Positions 1 to 8,749 of a stretch of 64,000 nt of DNA are shown here, in pieces. Position 1 is the stretch's first letter, and the number at the start of each line of letters is the position of its first letter. A program made the translations under genes and the position numbers. Origin of the DNA: an uncultured Rivularia sp. (GTDB lineage: Bacteria > Cyanobacteriota > Cyanobacteriia > Cyanobacteriales > Nostocaceae); the NCBI GenBank assembly GCA_963665115.1, contig OY762007.1:160001-224000 (forward strand). Direction: 5' to 3'. The notes under the pieces were generated by a model that was not told where the DNA came from, did no database searches, and saw only the letters and a list, made by a program, of their open reading frames with translations.

Positions 1-1
1 C

Positions 2-292
2 AGCAGCATTGTTTTTCCTGCCGATGAATGGCAGAACAGAAATTTTGAACAAGTTATACCCTGTCAAAAGATAAAATTGTCAGATGGAAAAATTCAAGAG
101 ATGCCACAAAGCTGGCAATTATTAGAACCTAGAACCGTCGAATTAAGAAATATTGGAGATTTTCAAATTCGTGAAATTGTTAATTCGATAGTTAGTTTTC
201 CTATGCAGACTATGGAAGAACGTGCCAAAGAGGCATTGAAACAGTTAGGTGAAAATGGGCTTTATCGACCATCAAAAACAAATAAGCTTTAG
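2..292 (+). CDS. Hypothetical protein, C-terminal part (5' end outside the window)
   Basis: The frame of ORF 77..292 stays open back to position 2 (SSIVFPADEWQNRNFEQ...). No recognisable motif; lies upstream of a DNA methyltransferase fragment. Confidence 0.6.
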   Translation, partial: SSIVFPADEWQNRNFEQVIPCQKIKLSDGKIQEMPQSWQLLEPRTVELRNIGDFQIREIVNSIVSFPMQTMEERAKEALKQLGENGLYRPSKTNKL

Positions 293-382
293 CTTGTTTT
301 CCTTTAGTAAAACCAATTCCTCAACCGCAATTCCCCTAAACTCCGCTAAAGTTATGATTATATAGTTAGAAACGGTATCTCA

Positions 383-847
383 ATGGTTGTGGAAAGCGAA
401 CTTCTACAAAATATAGGTAAGGTCAAAAATTATCTCGCTTCATCAGACTACATACCTTTATTTTTACAAGCCGATACCTATACACTTTTAAAGCTATTTC
501 CCGAAAATTCTATTGACTGTGTAATTACATCTCCAGCTTACTGGGGACAAAGAGCTTACGTTAATAGGGGAATTGGGCTTGAGTCCACATGGTCTGACTA
601 TATTAACAACCTGCTGGCAATCTTCTGTGAAATAAAGCGAATATTAAAACCTAGCGGCTCTTTTTGGTTAAATATTGGAGATTCTTATCAGCGTAAATCT
701 TTAGTTGGTATACCTTGGCGAATTGCTTTGGCAATGACTGATAAGCAAAAACCATTAAATCACATCGGGTTTACCTATCCCCAATTCCCTCAACTTCAAC
801 TTGACATCTTCCCACTCAGTACCGCAGTAGTAATATTTTTGATCTAA
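383..847 (+). pseudogene. Truncated N4/N6 (beta-class) site-specific DNA methyltransferase
   Basis: Contains 'SIDCVITSPAYW' (SPPY-like motif IV), 'RILKPSGSFWLNIGDSY' and 'GIPWRIALAM'. Similarity stops at ~750, where the ORF runs antisense into the next gene. No FxGxG SAM motif. Confidence 0.8.
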
Positions 848-1072
848 TATATTAGCGATGTAATAACCATTTTTTGCACCGTTAATTTGCCGTAACTCTG
901 CTGCAATCTTCTCCATCGAAGTATTAAATAAAGAAAACAAATCTTCCATATCCATATCTGGAGCGTTAAACAAATTTACGAATGTTTCACCTTCCCTAAA
1001 TGCCCAGATTTTGCCGCGACGCTCGATAATTTGGAAGTAAACGGGACGAACGATTGTATCTGTGTTTATCAT
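755..1072 (-). CDS. Hypothetical protein (105 aa)
   Basis: ATG-started ORF with globular composition; last of three co-oriented small genes. Confidence 0.7.
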   Translation of the reverse strand: MINTDTIVRPVYFQIIERRGKIWAFREGETFVNLFNAPDMDMEDLFSLFNTSMEKIAAELRQINGAKNGYYIANILDQKYYYCGTEWEDVKLKLRELGIGKPDVI

Positions 1073-1151
1073 AAATATTTATTTGAAATTTGTTTTAAAA
1101 TAAAATTTAAAGGAGTAGCCCCTAGCCGTTAACTAGGGACTACAGACTTAA

Positions 1152-1346
1152 TTAGTTGGCATCATTCTGGGATTTGTCTTGCGGTTCGTCCGCAATATCA
1201 TCTAAATCCCTTATGACATCCTCTGAGTCAACGAGATATCTTTCACCAGTTACTTTATCTTCTTTCATCCAACGTCCGAAAACAAGACGAATAAAGACTT
1301 TAACCGGATTCCAAATTTCTCGATGACCATTACCATTTTTACTCAA
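1152..1346 (-). CDS. Small hypothetical protein (64 aa)
   Basis: TTG start preceded by a strong Shine-Dalgarno (AAAAGGAGGTGA); hairpin CCCTAG-N7-CTAGGG just downstream. Confidence 0.65.
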   Translation of the reverse strand: MSKNGNGHREIWNPVKVFIRLVFGRWMKEDKVTGERYLVDSEDVIRDLDDIADEPQDKSQNDAN

Positions 1347-1422
1347 TCAATCACCTCCTTTTAAAACGTAAAAGGGGGATTTTTCATCCCCGCATGAATT
1401 TTACCACTTTTAAATAATAAAC

Positions 1423-1629
1423 TTAACCACTTTTATCGAACTGATTTTTATTTTTTGTGGCAATCAATATTAATTCACCCGAGGCGATCGCATCTAAAAA
1501 TTGACCTGTTGAACCTTCTCTATTGTATATATATCCTAACTTATAAGCGATTTCTTTTAATTTATCTCCCGTTCCCTCCTCAACCCTTGCATGAAGGTTG
1601 GCACGATTTAACTTCTTTCTACCTACCAT
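1423..1629 (-). CDS. Small putative ribbon-helix-helix/CopG-like DNA-binding protein
   Basis: Basic N-terminus followed by a strand-helix-helix-like pattern (NLHARVEEGTGDKLKEIAYKLGY...GQFLDAIASG). The fold is inferred. Confidence 0.5.
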   Translation of the reverse strand: MVGRKKLNRANLHARVEEGTGDKLKEIAYKLGYIYNREGSTGQFLDAIASGELILIATKNKNQFDKSG

Positions 1630-1778
1630 AAGTGTTAACCATAAAAAACAAAAACTGGTTTACATTTATAGAGTAGCAGAAAGGTACTTTAATTTTCTTC
1701 AGATTTTGTCCCAATCTCACCTTGGTATAAGAAATCGCGGATGCCGTTATAATCCTTAAAAAAATGGAGTTCTCTTAA

Positions 1779-1883
1779 TAAGTACTTAGGCAAAATTAAT
1801 TGTATATTGTCATTGCGAGGAACGAAGCAATCTCAAGGATTTGAAGCTTTTAGAATGTCAAATTAATTTTGCACGACTACTTA
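1779..1883. mobile_element. MITE-like element with imperfect terminal inverted repeats
   Basis: TAAGTA..GGCAAAATTAATT at the left end and AATTAATTTTGC..TACTTA at the right end. Confidence 0.6.
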
Positions 1884-2001
1884 GCCTTCATTCCCTACAA
1901 TATCCCTTGCTTCACCTCATCCAAACACAGAAAAATTATGCTGATGAGGTGTTTGAGCAATAAGAAAATAAATTTTACATATAAAAGTAAACTTCTTAAA
2001 A

Positions 2002-2079
2002 AGCATCCTAATTCTTTAATTTTGTAGTGCGAGCCGGAATGCTCGCACTACCAAATCTCTTTCAACATTTAGGATGCTC
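2002..2079. repeat. REP-like palindromic element (AGCATCCTAA / GTAGTGCGAGC..GCTCGCACTAC / TTAGGATGCT)
   Basis: Nested inverted repeats. Related copies at ~2726-2863, ~23040-23066, ~23756-23777 and ~36847-36900. Confidence 0.7.
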
Positions 2080-2090
2080 ACATTTTCAAC

Positions 2091-2558
2091 TTAAACACCC
2101 CGCAAACTAGCAAAACCAAAGGTAGCATTAAATTCTTCGCACCAAATTCCTACAGATTTATAATTAGCAAGATTTATATTGTTAGGAATTGCATAGCGCT
2201 GTTTACCATTAAAGCTTTTGATTCTACCTAATGTAATGTAATTTCCTTCTTTGATATTTAAAGGTATGCTGCTATTTTTATGTAAAATAATCTTGACATC
2301 GGGGCCATTACCAGTACTGAATGCTTTATCGAATTCTAAATAACGTCTACCATTAACATTAACAATTTTGGCTTTACCAGTTGTTCTTTTTTCTTGATTA
2401 ACAAAGTTGCCGGATGCAATTACTGATTTGGATTTTGCGGCAACTGTAATACCTTGTCTTGTTTGAGCTTGTGCGGGTTGTGTATTAACTAATTGTCCCA
2501 CGCTGCCGAATAATACGATAGATGCAATTCCGAAGCCAGCTAATTTATTGAATTTCAT
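2091..2558 (-). CDS. Secreted DM13 domain-containing protein
   Basis: Signal peptide ending PAQA; 'FSTGNGPDVKIIL', 'G.Q.Y.IP' and 'YKSVGIWCEEFNATFGFASL' are DM13-type motifs. Confidence 0.9.
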   Translation of the reverse strand: MKFNKLAGFGIASIVLFGSVGQLVNTQPAQAQTRQGITVAAKSKSVIASGNFVNQEKRTTGKAKIVNVNGRRYLEFDKAFSTGNGPDVKIILHKNSSIPLNIKEGNYITLGRIKSFNGKQRYAIPNNINLANYKSVGIWCEEFNATFGFASLRGV

Positions 2559-3025
2559 TTGTCGTTACCTCTTGTTTTAGTTCGTTGTTTTCTTTTCCTT
2601 AATTACTAATATGAAGGATGATGCTGAGGAACTAATGATTAACAACTGAGGAAACGGTAAGAGTTATCTGAGAAAACTGAGAAGGGGGAATCAATGACGA
2701 ACTACATATATATAGCAACCAGCTTGGGAACATCCCAATTTTTGAAAAATCCGCAGGTAGTGCGAGCATCTTGCTCGCTCGGGAGCGCAAGCGATCAAGA
2801 TGCATGTCCTAACGGGACACACTGTGTTAACACACTACAAAATGAAAAATTTAAGATGCTCCCACCAACTTAGACGGATTTATTACAACAAGCGATGGGA
2901 GCATAGATTAGCTATACTGATATCTTGCAGCATTCTCAACGAGCCTTTATAAACCCGATTTTTTGCTGATTGCACAACGAAAAAATCATGTTTTTTACAA
3001 AAGAAACCGGGTTTCTGGCAGTACC

Positions 3026-3226
3026 TCACTCTTCACTCTTAATTTCTAACTCTCCACCTCTTGCTTCATTGCCATTCCCATTGTTATTGCCGTTATTATT
3101 ACCATTGCCGTTTAAGTTATTGCTGAAGTTGACGTTTATATAAAATCTAATATTAATTAAGCTACCTTTATTACCGCTGAATAGATAGCCTAATATTAGC
3201 CCCAAGATGAAAGATAATAAAATCAT
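3026..3226 (-). CDS. Small membrane/secreted peptide with an Asn-Gly low-complexity tract
   Basis: Hydrophobic N-terminus (MILLSFILGLILGYLF) and NGNGNNNGNNNGNGN. Confidence 0.5.
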   Translation of the reverse strand: MILLSFILGLILGYLFSGNKGSLINIRFYINVNFSNNLNGNGNNNGNNNGNGNEARGGELEIKSEE

Positions 3227-3497
3227 ATTATCTTGTTCAAAGATAAAAATATAGGAAATACAGCTATTCTATTGATTAATTGATTGACAAACTGTTCAAT
3301 ACAATATACAGGTCTTTGTTGCTAAAGATCGAAATACTACTAATTTATTGCGTTTGATTCTTCCTCAACTCAATAATTAGTAAATTCTTACGTTATTAAA
3401 ATAACCATGAAAAAGTGCGTTTAAACGCACTGAAGGTTTACCGAGTTAGATTTTTTCGACTTTGAGTATCATTACTCATACAAATTAAACATTAAGC

Positions 3498-3731
3498 TTA
3501 AATCTCTTTGCGACTAGCGTAAATTTCACCTTCGGGTAAATTTGGGTTGAGAAAGCATTGAGAAGAATGACTTTTGTCCGTCAAAAAATATCTTTCTACT
3601 ATCACTTTTACGCTAAATGCTTTAACTTCCAATGAAACTCTTGCTGGATATCCCAATAAAATAGCTAGAAAAGCTGTGCCGTACAGACAGGATAATATAA
3701 CAAGAGCTTTCAGATTATTCATGAATTTCAT
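3498..3731 (-). CDS. Small hypothetical membrane protein
   Basis: One N-terminal TM segment; purine-rich RBS (AAGGGGA) upstream. Confidence 0.5.
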   Translation of the reverse strand: MKFMNNLKALVILSCLYGTAFLAILLGYPARVSLEVKAFSVKVIVERYFLTDKSHSSQCFLNPNLPEGEIYASRKEI

Positions 3732-3853
3732 GTTGATTTCCCCTTATGTTTTAATTTGCCCGAATCTCAGATTATTTGAACAGATTTTATAATTAGAAAT
3801 TCGGGCTATTAACTCAACCTGATTTGGATTATCTAAAATCCAAATTCTGAACC

Positions 3854-4081
3854 TTATCGAAGAGACTCGATAAGTACTGCTGTTCCTCCTAAACAGAGTA
3901 GGATTATTCCTAAACGCCAAATACATCCAAAGACTATTGGAAAGAACCAGCCAGCAATGTATTCGGTGCCGATAATATTTGAGAGACTCGCGGCTAATAT
4001 AAAGCCAAATACTATAAATAAAAAGTATTTGCACGCTTTTAAAATTAGTCTAAATAAGGGGTTAAATTTATTAGTAGTCAT
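3854..4081 (-). CDS. Small two-TM hypothetical protein
   Basis: Two hydrophobic helices; AGGA upstream of ATG. Confidence 0.6.
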   Translation of the reverse strand: MTTNKFNPLFRLILKACKYFLFIVFGFILAASLSNIIGTEYIAGWFFPIVFGCIWRLGIILLCLGGTAVLIESLR

Positions 4082-4141
4082 TAGTTTTTCCTGTTGTCTA
4101 ATTTTTTAATGAAGAGAATCGAAATACCATAAATATGTAGT

Positions 4142-4181
4142 AAAAAAGCCGGTAAGTGTTTGGTTTAACACTTCACCGGCT
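4142..4181 (-). terminator. Rho-independent terminator (minus strand)
   Basis: Minus strand AGCCGGTGAAGTGTT..AACACTTACCGGCT followed by TTTTT. Confidence 0.6.
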
Positions 4182-4351
4182 CGTAAACTTCTAGTTTATC
4201 GAAAGCCATATTTAGTTGTAGATTTTAGATTTTGGATTAATAATAGCAATGAATATGACTCTCAAACAGTCCTATGATTCTAATAGCTTTGCTTAAAATT
4301 ATAGTTTGACTGAAGAAAATCTAAAATCCAAAATTTAAAATCCAAACTTAA

Positions 4352-4684
4352 TCATTCAGATGAATACCATTGATTCCAAGTTTTAATAACTTGGCGATAT
4401 GCACTGTCTATTGGCTGTAATTGTTGGGGATTTATGGAGTATTGATAGCTGATATGGCTACCCAAATAAACCACTGTTTCGTGATTTTTTCTCTGGCTAC
4501 TTATGTGAAATTCGCCATGTCCTGTTTCACATAATGATTGCATTAACTGTAAATTCAGATGAGAAAATAATGCTGGTAGCATCAGCCCGCTCTGATATCT
4601 GATTAGTCTAGTAGATGTTGATGATGCCTTAGAAGCCTTTCCCCCAAGATGTAGATACATCTTCATTGGTTCGGCTGCTTCCAA
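4352..4684 (-). CDS. Hypothetical protein (110 aa)
   Basis: TTG start with AGGAG upstream; divergent from the 842-aa regulator-like gene. Confidence 0.5.
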   Translation of the reverse strand: MEAAEPMKMYLHLGGKASKASSTSTRLIRYQSGLMLPALFSHLNLQLMQSLCETGHGEFHISSQRKNHETVVYLGSHISYQYSINPQQLQPIDSAYRQVIKTWNQWYSSE

Positions 4685-5174
4685 GAAACTCCTGTATTTG
4701 CGGAAAAGTCATGTTCTAATTCTCCGTGAGAATAATAGTTAGTCCCCGAGAGGTATCAATCTTATTGATTCGTTGGAGTATAGGTTGTAGTATTAAATAA
4801 TCATGCATCTACACCCGCCTATATGTAAATTTTGCTTATATGTAAATTATACAAACGTCTACTAATTAAAAACAGTAGCGAAATATACAAAAAATAATTA
4901 AAACTGCCTTTTGGTGTCAAACAGGAATACATAAGAAGCAAATAAATAATAAAAAAGCTATTATAGAAGCTTGGGTGTATTATAAATTTGATGAAAGCTG
5001 CTAATCTGCGTTTGTGGCTTTAAAAGCATATCTGATAACTACTTCAGTTTAAACAAAGCATTTTTATCATGGGTTGAGCATCAAATAAAATGTCTCATTT
5101 TGTGTATTTGTTTTGAGATATACAAAAAAAAAGTAAATTTGATTTACATTTGAGTGGTGCTTATAAGGAGGAGT

Positions 5175-7700
5175 ATGAGTAGGGAAAAAATCAACGATCA
5201 AGAAAAGCTGCGGGAAATGCTGAATTTCTTCTTGAAGGAAATGGGAGCAACCCAGGTAGAATTATCAAAAGGAATGGGTGTTAGTCGTCCGTTAGTAATA
5301 GATTTTCTTAGTCAAAAGAAGGAATATTTGCCCGTTAGCAGCGAGGGTTTAGTCAAACTATGCGAAAATTTGAACAAGCATCGACCTTCTAAAAGAAAAT
5401 TGAAAAAAGGCGATCGCGATGATGAATCAATTCTATTAAGAGAGAATCTGGGAGAAGTTGGTGCCGACGAACTTTTAGAATCTGCCGGTTTTTTACCTGA
5501 TAAAACAGAAAGTATCCGCGTAACTCCAGAAAGATTTTTTCAGGTTACTCAGATAGTTGCGTTGCTTGAGTTGTTGGAATTTGAAGATTTACTTTCCACA
5601 ACTAAGGAATTTTTTTCGATTGCTAGCGATAAGTTAACTATTGCTAGTACGAAGCTGTTTGATGATGGCGATGGCGGTAATGATGCTTTAGAAGCATTGA
5701 TCAAAAAACTTCGCGAGCCTCAGCCTACATTGGGTTTAAAGTTGAAGTTGCAGGTGATTCAAAAGCTGCGATTAACTCAAACTAATTTTAGGAATGGGGG
5801 TAAAACCAAATTTAGCCGTAAAGAAGCAATTTCCCTGTTTCTCAGTATCTTAATTAAGGAGAAAATGAAAGATGATTCACTGCACGCCAGAATTAAAAAG
5901 CTAGAATTTCAGACTTTATCTCGTTCGATTGATGAAGATGAAGAATACAGTAAAATTTACTTGAATTTAACAGATATTGCTTATGATGCAGAGTATGAAC
6001 TCAAAACTCCTGGAATTCCACCCGAAAAACCCAATAAAGTCCACAATAGCCTAAATTTAGAATCACTTCAACCCGTAATAATGGCGATCGCTACCTGTAA
6101 TTTTGGCTTGGAAAAGGAGGATAGCGAACCTTTGGAGTGGATATACACATCTAGCAACACTATGATAGAAAATGCTATCAGTGCCTGTACTTTAAATTTG
6201 GGTTTGAAGGAAGATACTTTATTGACGATTTCTACAAATACCCTTGATAGCAATGTCCATTCTTTAGTTGAAACAACGGTAATTTTAGGAGAAAAGCAGC
6301 AATATCAAGGTATTTGGGTTGATAGAGATTCTATGACTGTGTTGTTACAAGCTATTGTTTGCGCTGTCAAACAATGGTTTGCAGATAAAAGTAGAAAAAA
6401 AGAACTTGACAGTAAAACATATGTATCGGTTTGTAGAAATCTTTCCGATTTGAGAAAGCGATTAATTAAAGTTAGAAAAGCTTTTCATAATTTTCAATTT
6501 TTAGATAAAGGATGTCAATTATCGGAGATTAAGAAAATCGCTGATGAAGCTAAACAGCATTTAAAAGATATTCCCGTTTCTGATATTTACTTTACCTATC
6601 GCTTAAATTTCTTTCGCTGCTACTGTTTAGCGAAGCGATTGGAATTGAGATTATCCAATTTTCAAGGGAATATAATTAATGCTAAATATTTAATTTCAGA
6701 GCTTACTGAAGCACTCGATAAACCCGAAATATTTGAATTAAATGTAGATAAAAAAGAGCTTTCACCCATAGAAGCTTTGATTCACTCGGAAATTTATCTA
6801 TACGAGCTTTCTTGCGGACATAATCCCAGATTATTTCAAGATAATGATATCCGATGGTTTGATGAATTAAACGATTGGAAAAATAAAATTACAAAGGTAA
6901 TTAATACAAAGTCTTGTTATAAAGATGCTGGGATAGATGTCTATGAATCGTTATCAGAGATTCACGGTAATGCAGCTAGAATATACTTTTATATTTCTGA
7001 AGATAAATCAACTTTAGAAAAAGCTGCCCAAAACTTTCTCAAAGCTGCACACTATGCATTACGCATTGGTGTAATTCAGCGTGTATCTAGATGGATAGCT
7101 TTAGCAGGAAGAGTTTGGGTAAGATTAAAAAATAGCGAACTTTCCCTACAGGCTTTAAAATTATCAGAAAAACTTGCTAAAACTGATTTGACAACTGGGC
7201 ATAGTGACAACTTTTGTCAAGCAGTGACTTCGGAAATTAATTTACTCCGTGGTGAATATCTACTCTTAATTGAAAACGATCGAGTTAAAGCGCTAGAAAA
7301 TTTCATCCAAGCTCTAAAAGGTTCCGTATACCTGGGTTTAAATCGGCGCATTTGCGATTCATTATTTAATATATCAAGATGTTCCCAGAAGCTAGGAAAT
7401 CTTAGTATCCAGGAAGGATTGAGCAGAGTTTTTCCGGAAGAAGAAAAACTGATTGATTCCAATATCAAAAAACTTAATCCCACGAGCAATCATAATTCAG
7501 AAAAAGTCTTAGAATTGCTCTGTAATTTATACGGTAAAAAAGATAGTCCAACTTGGTTTCAAGTACGCAACGAATTCTCAACCCTTGCAGCCGACATATG
7601 GCAAACTTGGCATCAAGATACTTCTGAAACTCAGGTAAATACCATACATCCTATTGCTGAGAAGATTAAAAAAGAAACTTGGCTTTGTCAGGTTGAATAG
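5175..7700 (+). CDS. Large protein with N-terminal XRE-like HTH and C-terminal TPR-like helical repeats (putative regulator)
   Basis: ATG at 5175 follows AAGGAGGAG. 'GATQVELSKGMGVSRPLVIDFL' is HTH-like; the C-terminus has TPR-like helices (KAAQNFLKAAHYA, KALENFIQAL). Confidence 0.7.
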   Translation: MSREKINDQEKLREMLNFFLKEMGATQVELSKGMGVSRPLVIDFLSQKKEYLPVSSEGLVKLCENLNKHRPSKRKLKKGDRDDESILLRENLGEVGADELLESAGFLPDKTESIRVTPERFFQVTQIVALLELLEFEDLLSTTKEFFSIASDKLTIASTKLFDDGDGGNDALEALIKKLREPQPTLGLKLKLQVIQKLRLTQTNFRNGGKTKFSRKEAISLFLSILIKEKMKDDSLHARIKKLEFQTLSRSIDEDEEYSKIYLNLTDIAYDAEYELKTPGIPPEKPNKVHNSLNLESLQPVIMAIATCNFGLEKEDSEPLEWIYTSSNTMIENAISACTLNLGLKEDTLLTISTNTLDSNVHSLVETTVILGEKQQYQGIWVDRDSMTVLLQAIVCAVKQWFADKSRKKELDSKTYVSVCRNLSDLRKRLIKVRKAFHNFQFLDKGCQLSEIKKIADEAKQHLKDIPVSDIYFTYRLNFFRCYCLAKRLELRLSNFQGNIINAKYLISELTEALDKPEIFELNVDKKELSPIEALIHSEIYLYELSCGHNPRLFQDNDIRWFDELNDWKNKITKVINTKSCYKDAGIDVYESLSEIHGNAARIYFYISEDKSTLEKAAQNFLKAAHYALRIGVIQRVSRWIALAGRVWVRLKNSELSLQALKLSEKLAKTDLTTGHSDNFCQAVTSEINLLRGEYLLLIENDRVKALENFIQALKGSVYLGLNRRICDSLFNISRCSQKLGNLSIQEGLSRVFPEEEKLIDSNIKKLNPTSNHNSEKVLELLCNLYGKKDSPTWFQVRNEFSTLAADIWQTWHQDTSETQVNTIHPIAEKIKKETWLCQVE

Positions 7701-7826
7701 AAGAAGAGAGTAGCAAGTAGACAATGAACCGTTGAGCAACCAGCCTTATGGCAATAAGACTCGAATTGGTCGTTTACTTGCTACTTTTATTTTCTTCCTG
7801 CTAGAAGAATTACTTATAAAACCTTA

Positions 7827-7937
7827 CTAGTACCGCTGCGCGGAAGTAAAAAGTAAAAAGTAAGAAGTAAAAAGTATTATATGATAAGGCTTTCAAACTT
7901 TTTAAATGGGTGCTTTATTTACGCCGTACTGTACTAG
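7827..7937. mobile_element. MITE-like element (CTAGTAC...GTACTAG termini)
   Basis: Imperfect TIR CTAGTACCGCTGCGCGGAAGT / ATTTACGCCGTACTGTACTAG. A related copy lies at 22896-22997. Confidence 0.6.
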
Positions 7938-7939
7938 AC

Positions 7940-8140
7940 AAGGCAGCGCGTTGCGGTGAGTCAAGGAAAGGGGTGTCGGTTTCCGGAGCCACTGCGTTGC
8001 CGTTCACCGGAGGTGCGGCTCGGTTCCCAAGCCACTCCGTTGCGGAGGTTCCCTCCGTTGTAGGAAGTGGCGTTTCCTCAAAAAGCGCGTTAGCCTTGCC
8101 CGAAGGGAGTTTCCCGCAGTATCTAGCGACTGCCGCGTAG
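7940..8140. repeat. GC-rich cluster of nested short dispersed repeats
   Basis: Several GCAGCGCGTTGCGG / GCCACT..GTTGCGGAGGTTCCCTCCGTTG units. The family recurs at ~12802-12848, ~13181-13215, ~23863-23895 and 40333-40375. Confidence 0.7.
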
Positions 8141-8749
8141 AGAGCGCAGAGGAAAGAGATACAGGTAATTAATTGTAAAGCGCGTTGGGAGTAGTAAATG
8201 CTCTTCCCTATCCCCAATGCCCCATGCCCAATCCAAATTGTTAAAAAACTCCTAATTTGTTATTATCTTCTCACTCAACCCTATTGATTGCTGGTGTAGT
8301 TCAGATAGCTGGTATTATTTGTTTGCTAATGGTAACTTAACATGGCAGTAAATTTTTCCCATAATCGCAGTATCAACTTTGATTATGTCAAGAATTGCAA
8401 ACAGTCCAAATCTGTAATCTTATCGAGGGTTTATTATCAAAAAGAATTTTGAATTTGAGTATTGAAATACTTCTATAGATAGATTAATTAATTAATGCTT
8501 GAATTTATGTGAAACGAGTAATTTTAGATACTTTAAGAAAATATAAACACGAGTTCATTATTGTTGCTCGTCACGGTAGAGTTGATTCAATCAATCTTTA
8601 TAAATTTAAGAGTAAGTATCTCTAAAAGCTTAACAACAACATAACACGGATATGTTGCTAGCGCGTCTCCTCCACATAAATTCAAACAAGAAACATGGGT
8701 TTGACCGTAGGGAGCAAGTTGTTTCCTCTAAATAAATAAATGGGGCATT

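Noticed and set aside
2..292. Restriction endonuclease partner of the methyltransferase
   Set aside because: Position is suggestive, but only a C-terminal fragment is visible and it has no PD-(D/E)xK or HNH motif.
3574..4034. ORFs 3574..3792 (+) and 3744..4034 (-)
   Set aside because: They are antisense or alternative-frame shadows of better-supported small membrane ORFs.
7910..8217. ORFs 7910..8140 (+) and 7915..8217 (-)
   Set aside because: They lie entirely in GC-rich nested repeats and are open by chance. The same applies to 13053..13268, 15072..15296, 20928..21170 and the ORFs at 23718-24034.
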